Under the pieces are notes generated by a model. It ran no database searches and had not been told where the DNA came from. It worked only from the letters and a program-made list of their open reading frames with translations. A stretch of 64,000 bases of DNA from Alphaproteobacteria bacterium (GTDB lineage Bacteria; Pseudomonadota; Alphaproteobacteria; MPNO01): assembly GCA_965248835.1 (NCBI GenBank), contig CBDFLJ010000001.1:1632001-1696000 (forward strand). Reading direction: 5' to 3'. A program made the position numbers and the translations under genes. Shown here in pieces: positions 57,129 to 64,000 of this stretch (the stretch's first letter is position 1; every line of letters starts with the position of its first letter).

Positions 57129-59378
57129 TCATTCGGCCGCGTGCCGGGCCGCGCTCTCCGGCCCGACCGGTGCCAGCGCCGTGTCGCGCAACGGCGGGTC
57201 GCCGGCTATGCGGACCTCGACCGCGAACAGATGGGCGCAGGACGGGCACAGGTATTCGCGGACCGTGATCTCGTCGATGAGGCCGAACCGGTTCCACGGG
57301 CTCAAGCTTTCCATCGGCACCGTGCGGACCAGCCCGCCGGTCTTGGGGTCCGAGGCGATGGGGGCGATAGGGTGGCTGCATTCGCGGCAGGTGTGCCAGG
57401 ACACACCGGCGATGGGAACGACGTCGAGCGCATCGGCGATCCGGGCGAGCACGGGTCCGCGCGGCCCCTCGGCGCGGGCCGCAGCCGCCGGGGTCTCGGC
57501 GGGAAACATCGTGGCAAAGGGGCGTGCCTCGGCCAGCCGCGCTGCGCGGATCGCCGCCCGCGCGGCCTCGGTGGCCGGCGCATCGACCGCCTGGCCGTCC
57601 GCGCCGAGCACCACGCCGTAGACCGCCTGGGCGACTTCTGGCGAGCACAGGCGGGCGGCGACGTCGCGCCGGACGGCCTCTGCCGGGCGCAGCAGCGCAT
57701 CGCCGTAGCCGCCCCCGCCGGCGCACGACATGATCACCGCATCGCCGGGGTCGAGAACGGTGCGGGCCTTGGCTTCCATGACCACCAGCTCGCGGCAGTC
57801 GGAATCGTCCAGACCGCTCGAAATCTCCGCGCGATCGAACCGGACCCTTACATCGGCGCCGCGCAGCAGCAGCCTGACATGGATACAGGACGGGTGGCCC
57901 CCGTAGAGGCCCTGGGCCTCCGGCTGACTGGCGCCGTGGGTGAGCACGGTCAGATCGATCGGCCCCCGGCTGCGGTGCGGCACGATCATCGCCTCGGTAC
58001 CGACGCCGCCGCGATAGCGCCCCGGCCCGCCGGTATCGCAGGACTGGCGGCGGTAGACATAGAGGATCGGATATTCCTTCTCGTAGGTCTCGACGTTGGC
58101 GATCCCCATTGCGGGCGTCCCGGGCAGCCCGCCGGTATCCGGGCCGTCCTTCCACGCCCGCCCGCCGCCGCCGCCGCCCTGGTCGAGCAGCACCGCCGTG
58201 AACGGTCTGCCGTCCTCATGCCGGCCGGCCAGAGTGCAGCCCTGCCAGGAGGGCGACCAGTTGGCCTGGGCCTCGGTCGGGCCGAGGTCCGAGCATGCCA
58301 GCATCTTGCCGATCGTCTGGGAGGCGACGTGGCTGGTCGCGAACGTCGCCGAGACGGTCGCCATCGAGACCCCGGCCGGGTGGGTCGCGTTGTTGATCGT
58401 GCCCTCCTCGGAGACGAACTCGATCATCGGCATCAGGGCGCCGGGCGACCACGGCATGTCGTAGCACAACATCGGCAGGATGGCGGAAACGGTGCCGCTC
58501 TCCAGCCCCACCCGGGTGCAGTTGATCGCACCGCGCGCCTGCGCAGCGGTGCCGGTGTAATCGAACCGCAGGTGATCGCCGGCCTTGGTCATCTCCAGGC
58601 ACACCCGGTAGATCCGGTTCTCGTTGCCGTCATGGTCGAGGAAGCCCTCGGCCGACCAGGTCCCGTCCGGCAGTCCACGCAGCCGGCGTCCGAAGGAGGC
58701 GCGGACCGTCGCCAGCAGCTCGTCCTGGACCGCCATGAAGGTCTCGATGCCGTGATCGGCGATCATCTCCGCGATGCGCTCGCGCGTCCGGTTGATGGCC
58801 GCGACCCGCGCCCGCAGGTTCAGGCCGTTGACCGCCGAGGTGCGCGAGTTGCGGATCACCCAGGCCTCCAGGTCCTCGCGGATGCGGCCGCGCTCGATCA
58901 TCTTGAAGATCGGGATCAGCGGCCCCTCGCCGAAGACATCCGGTGTGCCGACGGTGAAGCTGCCCGGATTCGGTCCGCCGACATCGGTCTCGTGCATGGC
59001 AAGGCCGGTCCAGCAGACCAGCCTGTCGTGCGAGAAGATCGGCGCGACCATCAGGATGTCGTTCATGTGGGCGGCACCGCACCACGGATCGTTGGTGACG
59101 AAGGCATCGCCGTCTTCGATCCCGACGGTCTCGGCCAACCGCTCGATGACCGCCTTGACCGCGAAGTTCAGGCAGAGCGACAGCCGGGTGGTGTAGATCC
59201 CGACATAGAGGCTGTCGCCTTCGGGCGTCAGCAGCGAGGTGTTGAAGTCCTTCGCCTCGTAGACCGCCGGCGAGCCCGAGACCTGGGCCGCGACCCGTCC
59301 CTGTTCGTCGTTGATCATCCACAGCCGGTGGCGCAGCACCTCGAAGGTGATCGGGTCGAGGTCGTGCGTGCTCTTCAT
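57129..59378 (-). CDS. hydantoinase B/oxoprolinase family subunit with C-terminal Cys4 (acetone carboxylase gamma-like) domain
   Basis: DPITFEV, TNDPWCGAAHMND, HETDVGG, GPGRYRGG and AGGGGYGD; C-terminal CRECSH...REYLCPSC. Confidence 0.88.
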   Translation of the reverse strand: MKSTHDLDPITFEVLRHRLWMINDEQGRVAAQVSGSPAVYEAKDFNTSLLTPEGDSLYVGIYTTRLSLCLNFAVKAVIERLAETVGIEDGDAFVTNDPWCGAAHMNDILMVAPIFSHDRLVCWTGLAMHETDVGGPNPGSFTVGTPDVFGEGPLIPIFKMIERGRIREDLEAWVIRNSRTSAVNGLNLRARVAAINRTRERIAEMIADHGIETFMAVQDELLATVRASFGRRLRGLPDGTWSAEGFLDHDGNENRIYRVCLEMTKAGDHLRFDYTGTAAQARGAINCTRVGLESGTVSAILPMLCYDMPWSPGALMPMIEFVSEEGTINNATHPAGVSMATVSATFATSHVASQTIGKMLACSDLGPTEAQANWSPSWQGCTLAGRHEDGRPFTAVLLDQGGGGGGRAWKDGPDTGGLPGTPAMGIANVETYEKEYPILYVYRRQSCDTGGPGRYRGGVGTEAMIVPHRSRGPIDLTVLTHGASQPEAQGLYGGHPSCIHVRLLLRGADVRVRFDRAEISSGLDDSDCRELVVMEAKARTVLDPGDAVIMSCAGGGGYGDALLRPAEAVRRDVAARLCSPEVAQAVYGVVLGADGQAVDAPATEAARAAIRAARLAEARPFATMFPAETPAAAARAEGPRGPVLARIADALDVVPIAGVSWHTCRECSHPIAPIASDPKTGGLVRTVPMESLSPWNRFGLIDEITVREYLCPSCAHLFAVEVRIAGDPPLRDTALAPVGPESAARHAAE

Positions 59379-61486
59379 GATCGATGATCTCCCGGGTCGA
59401 CATCGATGACCACGTTGCCGAAGCCGTCCACCCGCGCCGCGGCGAAGGACGGCAGAACGATTGTATCACCCATGCGTTCGATCACGACCGGCCCGTCGAA
59501 GGTCATGCCGGGCACCAGGGCCGCGCCGTCATAGACCGCCGCCTCGACCATCGCGCCGGTCTCGGGAAAGAAGACCTGCCGGCTTGTCTTGCGTGCGGCT
59601 TCTCGATCGGCCCGCGGGTCGGGCGCGCGTTCGGCCAGCGCGGGGACCACGGAATCAGCCAGGCCGTCGAGCCGGCATTTGACGATCTCGATTCCCGCGG
59701 CGCGGTAGCCGGCATTGGGGCCGTAGAGATCGCCGTATCTGGCTTCGAAGGCTTCGATCAGCGCATCCTGTGACAGCCCGGCATGCACCGGGACGGACAG
59801 CGAGGTCGGCTGCAGGCGGTACTTCATGTAGATCGAGCGCTCGAAGCGCCGATCGGCCGGGGCGATGCCCTCGCGGTCGAACAGCCGGCCGAGCCGTTCC
59901 GCCATCCCGCGATAGATTTCCTCGAGCCCGGCCCAGGCCACCGCCGACAGCGGGAAGACGCCGGGGAAGGACGCCTCCTCGCTGTGCAGCAGCCCCCCGG
60001 TGAGCATGCCGAGCGCCGAGAACACCGAAGCGAAGGAGGGCACGTAGACCGTGCCGATGCGAAGCTCGCGCGCAAGGTAGGCGATATGCATCGCCGCCGC
60101 CCCGCCATAGGCGAACAGCACGAAATCGCGCGGGTCGCGGCCGCGGTCGATCGACACCCGGCGCATCAGATCGGCCATGTGCGCGTTGACGATGCGGAAG
60201 GCGCCCGCGGCGACCGCGATCCGGTCGATCCCGAGTACCGCAGCGAGCGCGTCGGCGGCCTGGTCGGCCGCCGCCCGGTCGAGCGCCATGCGTCCGCCCA
60301 GCAAGCCCGCCGGCTCCAGGAATCCCAGAATCAGATCGATGTCGGTGACTGTGGCGCGCGTCCCGCGGAGGCCGTAGCAGGCAGGTCCCGGATCGGCGCC
60401 GGCGCTGTCCGGCCCGACCCGCAACAGGCCGTTGTCGTCGCACCACACGATGCTGCCGCCGCCGGCCCCGACCGAACTGACCGCGACTTTGGGCAGCAGA
60501 TAGGCGTATTTGTCGATCACCGGCTGCTCGTCCAGCACCGTCCGGCCGCCTTCGATCATCGCGACATCGAAGGTCGTGCCCCCCATGTCGGCGCACAGGA
60601 TGTTGGCTTCGCCATAGGCCTGACCCATGAACCGGGCGCCCAACACCCCGCTCACCGGGCCGGAATCGAGCATCAGCAGTGGGCGCAGCCGCATCTCGTC
60701 CATGGTGGTCAGCCCGCCCATCGAATGGGCGAGCAGCAACGGTGCGCGATAGCCGTCCTCGGCAAGCCGGCCGGCAAGCGCCTCGAGATAGCCGACCACG
60801 CGCGGGCCGACATAGGCGTTGGCCACGGTGGTCACGGAGCGCTCGTACTCGCCCAGCACCGGCGCCAGATCGGCCGAGATGCACACGAACAGATCCGGAT
60901 GGTCGCGGGCGATGCGGGCGGCGAGCCCGCGCTCGTGGGAATCGTTGAGGAACGACCACAGGAAGCAGATGGCGATCGCCTCGGCGCCCCGGCTCAGCAA
61001 TGTCTCGGCCGCGCGCAGCGCCTCGTCCTCGTCCATGGCGACCACCACGTCGCCGTGGCTGTCGATGCGCTCGTCGACGCCATGGATCAGCCGCCGGTCG
61101 ATGATCGGCGGCTCGGCCTTGTCGAGATGGGCCTGATGGATCATCTCGCGCTCGGACTGTCCGGCGACCTTCTGCATCACCTTGCCGATCGCGATCGCGT
61201 CCTCATGGCCCTTGGTGGTGATCAAACCCGTGGCGGCGCCGTTGCGCTCGACGACCGCGTTGGTGGCAATGGTGCAGCCGTGGATGAAATGGCGGCATCC
61301 GGCGAGCAGCGCGCCGGCGTCCAGTCCCAGATTGGAAGCCGCGGCGGCCACCGCGTCGAGCACGCCCCGGGCCGGGTCCTCCCGGGTGCTGGGCGCCTTG
61401 GCGATGGTCGCGATCCGCCCTTGGGCGTCGATCACCGCGCAATCGGTGAATGTCCCGCCGATGTCGATGCCGATATAGCTTTGCAT
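59375..61486 (-). CDS. hydantoinase A/oxoprolinase family ATP-binding subunit
   Basis: GIDIGGTFTD, SGPVSG, DMGGTTFD, GAGGGS, SAGADPGPACY and YGGAA motifs. Confidence 0.92.
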   Translation of the reverse strand: MQSYIGIDIGGTFTDCAVIDAQGRIATIAKAPSTREDPARGVLDAVAAAASNLGLDAGALLAGCRHFIHGCTIATNAVVERNGAATGLITTKGHEDAIAIGKVMQKVAGQSEREMIHQAHLDKAEPPIIDRRLIHGVDERIDSHGDVVVAMDEDEALRAAETLLSRGAEAIAICFLWSFLNDSHERGLAARIARDHPDLFVCISADLAPVLGEYERSVTTVANAYVGPRVVGYLEALAGRLAEDGYRAPLLLAHSMGGLTTMDEMRLRPLLMLDSGPVSGVLGARFMGQAYGEANILCADMGGTTFDVAMIEGGRTVLDEQPVIDKYAYLLPKVAVSSVGAGGGSIVWCDDNGLLRVGPDSAGADPGPACYGLRGTRATVTDIDLILGFLEPAGLLGGRMALDRAAADQAADALAAVLGIDRIAVAAGAFRIVNAHMADLMRRVSIDRGRDPRDFVLFAYGGAAAMHIAYLARELRIGTVYVPSFASVFSALGMLTGGLLHSEEASFPGVFPLSAVAWAGLEEIYRGMAERLGRLFDREGIAPADRRFERSIYMKYRLQPTSLSVPVHAGLSQDALIEAFEARYGDLYGPNAGYRAAGIEIVKCRLDGLADSVVPALAERAPDPRADREAARKTSRQVFFPETGAMVEAAVYDGAALVPGMTFDGPVVIERMGDTIVLPSFAAARVDGFGNVVIDVDPGDHRS

Positions 61487-61628
61487 CGCTCCGCCATCCG
61501 AACCCATGCAGGACGGCCTCCGGGACCCGCTGCCGCGCTCGCCTCTGGACCGCCCAATCCTGACCTGCGCATCTTCTCACGGGCACGCAGCGCCCGCCAG
61601 CTATGCCAAGCCTGAAAGGAGCCGGGGG

Positions 61629-62036
61629 ATGAAGATCGACGGCGGATGCCATTGCGGCGAGATCACCTATGAGGCGGAGATCGATCCGGAGCAGGTCTCG
61701 GTGTGCCATTGCACCGACTGCCAGACGCTCGGTGGATCCGCGTTCCGCGTCGGCGCCGTGGCGGTGGACGGTACGCTCAGGTTCCTGAGCGGGCAGCCCA
61801 GGACCTACGTCAAGATCGCCCAGAGCGGCACGCCGCGCGAGCAGGCGTTCTGCGCCAACTGCGGCGGCCAGATCTATTCCAGCACGGCCGGCGATGAAGA
61901 GCCCAAGTCCTACCGCCTGCGCGTCGGCTCGATCCGCCAGCGCGACCAACTCACCCCGAAGGTGCAGATCTGGCGCCGGTCGGCCCAGAGTTGGGTCGAC
62001 GATATCGCCGCCATCCGGGCGATCGAGAACCAGTAG
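61629..62036 (+). CDS. GFA (CENP-V) family zinc protein
   Basis: GGCHCG, CHCTDCQ and FCANCG motifs; AGGAG RBS. Confidence 0.9.
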   Translation: MKIDGGCHCGEITYEAEIDPEQVSVCHCTDCQTLGGSAFRVGAVAVDGTLRFLSGQPRTYVKIAQSGTPREQAFCANCGGQIYSSTAGDEEPKSYRLRVGSIRQRDQLTPKVQIWRRSAQSWVDDIAAIRAIENQ

Positions 62037-62054
62037 CGGCCGCGCACGTCCTCC

Positions 62055-63425
62055 ATGGCCGTTCGCTCGATCCTCGCGGCACTGGCGGTCGCCGCGGGGG
62101 CGATCGTCTATTTCCTGCCCGCGCCGGACGCATCGCCCGCGATCTGGCATACGGCCGGCGTGCTGATCGTCGCGCTGGGGCTGTGGGCGACGCAGGCGCT
62201 GCCGGAATATTTTGCGACCATCATCTTCTTCCTCCTGGCGGTGACCGTCGGGGGAAACCCGGCCGAGGTGGTGTTTTCCGGCTTCCACTCCGCCGGTGCC
62301 TGGATGATCTTCGGCGGGCTGATCATCGGCTATGGCGTCCAGACGACGGGGCTGGGCGAGCGGATCGCCGCCCGACTCATGCGGCGGCTGGCGCGGAGCT
62401 ATCTGGGCATCCTCGCCACCACCGTCGGCATCGCGGCGGTGATCGGTTTCCTGATCCCCTCCAATACCGGCCGGATCGTGGTTCTGGTGCCGATCTTCAT
62501 GGCGCTTGCCGACCGGTTCGGCTTCGCACCCGGCAGCAACGGCCGCGCCGCGCTGGTGCTCGCGGTCGGCGCCGGCGCGGTCTATCCGAGCTTCGCGATC
62601 CTGCCGGCGGCGGTGCCGAACCTGGTCATGGCCGGCGCCGCCGAGAACATCCACGGCATCACCTTCACCTGGGCCGATTATTTCATCACCCTCTACCCGG
62701 TGATCGGCGTCGTCTCGGTGATCGCCTTGCCGCTCCTCCTGCGCCTCATTCTGCCCGACCGGCCCGGGGCGCCCCCCGACCCGGAGGTGCCGGCACCGCC
62801 GAGCCGCGGCGAGGTGACGGTCGCGGTCGTCCTCGCGCTAGCCCTGGTGCTGTGGATCACCGACTTCGCGCACGGCATCCAGCCGGCGTGGGTGGCGGTG
62901 GGCGCCGCGGTCCTGCTCCTGATGCCGCGGGTTGGCGTTGCCGCGCCCGAGACCATGGTCACCAGGATCAACTTCGCGCCATGGATCTTCGTTGCCGGCG
63001 TCATCGGCGCCGGTGCCGTGCTCAACCATTCCGGGCTCGGCTCCCGGCTTGCCGCGGCTTTGTTCGAAACCGTCACGCCGCGCCCCGGCCAGGATGCGCT
63101 GAACCTCGTCATCGTCGCCGCGATCGGCACCGTCATGGGGCTGGTGGCGACCATCCCCGGCCAGCCCGCGATCATGACCAGCCTCGCACCGGAGATCGCC
63201 CAGGCGACCGGCTGGCCGCTGGCTACCGCCGTCCAGGTCCAGGTGGTCACCTGGGTGATGACAATCTTTCCCTACCAGCTCCCGCCGATGATCCTCGCCA
63301 TGCAGCTTGCCGGCGTCCGGGCCGGCCACCTGATCCGCCTGCAGGCGGCGATGCTGGTCATCGCCTGGGTCGTCATGCTGCCGCTGCTCTATCTGTGGTG
63401 GACCGTGATCGGCAAGTTCGGCTGA
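62055..63425 (+). CDS. DASS/SLC13 family anion transporter
   Basis: about 12 TM; LWAT.ALPE, TGLGERIA, IPSNTGR, VPN and FPYQLPP motifs. Confidence 0.82.
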   Translation: MAVRSILAALAVAAGAIVYFLPAPDASPAIWHTAGVLIVALGLWATQALPEYFATIIFFLLAVTVGGNPAEVVFSGFHSAGAWMIFGGLIIGYGVQTTGLGERIAARLMRRLARSYLGILATTVGIAAVIGFLIPSNTGRIVVLVPIFMALADRFGFAPGSNGRAALVLAVGAGAVYPSFAILPAAVPNLVMAGAAENIHGITFTWADYFITLYPVIGVVSVIALPLLLRLILPDRPGAPPDPEVPAPPSRGEVTVAVVLALALVLWITDFAHGIQPAWVAVGAAVLLLMPRVGVAAPETMVTRINFAPWIFVAGVIGAGAVLNHSGLGSRLAAALFETVTPRPGQDALNLVIVAAIGTVMGLVATIPGQPAIMTSLAPEIAQATGWPLATAVQVQVVTWVMTIFPYQLPPMILAMQLAGVRAGHLIRLQAAMLVIAWVVMLPLLYLWWTVIGKFG

Positions 63426-63460
63426 GCGGGCGCAGCGCGCATTGGGCCGGACCGCCCGGA

Positions 63461-63838
63461 TCAGTCCGCGGCGAAGTCGGGCTCCTGGTATTCGACCAGG
63501 TGCCGGTAGTCGTCGCGGATCGGCGCGAAGACGTCGAGGTTGAGCGCCGGCTCATCGCCCAGCGGCTCGGCCCAATGCTCGACCCCTGGCGGGATACGCA
63601 GCCAGCTCCCCGGCCCGGCCTCGAAGATCTCCTCGCCGACGTGGAAGCGCGCCCGGCCCTGGACGATGCACACAAGCTGCTCGAAGGGATGGCTGTGCGG
63701 GTTGACGTCCATCCCCGGTTGCAGCCAGTTCATCACCATCAACACGTCTTCGCCGCGGAAGCCGCAGCGCTCGACACCCTTGCGCACCGCCTCGCGCGGC
63801 AGGTCGTTCCAGTTGTAGAGCTTTGCCTTCTGAGTCAT
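63461..63838 (-). CDS. cupin domain protein
   Basis: PHSHPFEQ, IPPGVEH and DVFAPIRDDY motifs; GGAGG RBS. Confidence 0.88.
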   Translation of the reverse strand: MTQKAKLYNWNDLPREAVRKGVERCGFRGEDVLMVMNWLQPGMDVNPHSHPFEQLVCIVQGRARFHVGEEIFEAGPGSWLRIPPGVEHWAEPLGDEPALNLDVFAPIRDDYRHLVEYQEPDFAAD

Positions 63839-63873
63839 CGCCGCCTCCGGTTGTGTCGGGACTTGGGAAATCT

Positions 63874-64000
63874 TCAGCCTTGCGGCGGGCCGAACCCGCC
63901 GCCGCCGGGAGTCTCGAGCAAGACCTCGTCGCCCGGCTGCATCGTCATCTTGTTGGCGCTTGCCGACGGCGTGCCGTTGATCAGAAAACGGCCGGGCCGG
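63874..64000 (-). CDS. C-terminal part of a second hydantoinase B/oxoprolinase subunit (truncated by window edge)
   Basis: ...PGRFLINGTPSASANKMTMQPGDEVLLETPGGGGFGPPQG*; TPGGGGFG is the family C-terminal motif. Confidence 0.75.
   Translation of the reverse strand, partial: RPGRFLINGTPSASANKMTMQPGDEVLLETPGGGGFGPPQG

Noticed and set aside
2600-61615. Many long antisense or alternate-frame ORFs (e.g. 11348-14086, 23793-26099, 57012-59387)
   Set aside because: Shadow ORFs expected from high GC3 bias; Arg/Pro/Ala-rich with no motifs, overlapping well-supported genes

Overview
High-GC bacterial chromosome segment, very probably alphaproteobacterial, judging by the gene sets ubiL-like/aminotransferase-ftsK-lolA-xth, yejABEF, hisN, ffs-dnaX-ybaB-recR, def-fmt-truA and dapE-dapD. 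Housekeeping blocks alternate with accessory catabolic islets. (i) 9.2-20.1 kb: amidohydrolase, Rieske ferredoxin, Mo-hydroxylase small and large subunits, ABC importer, split ThDP decarboxylase and FAH hydrolase. (ii) 28.6-34.6 kb: CarAa/OxoO-like Rieske oxygenase divergent from two Mo-hydroxylase large subunits. (iii) 48.1-50.5 kb: LigAB/CarBab-like extradiol dioxygenase plus CNT transporter. (iv) 56.3-64 kb: hydantoinase/oxoprolinase A and B (B fused to an acetone-carboxylase-gamma-like Cys4 domain), SDR, GFA, DASS transporter and cupin. The left end carries a tRNA(CAT), an A1-type coxMNOP-like oxidase operon and a convergent cupredoxin/membrane-protein module. Signals the annotation does not explain: a 20-nt palindrome-containing motif at one edge of three islets, a cox leader with two mutually exclusive helices, unannotated small membrane ORFs, and short gene relics (ctaB-, uspA- and cycM-like). 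I saw no integrase, transposase, CRISPR array or rRNA. All family calls come from motif recognition by eye; no database search was run.
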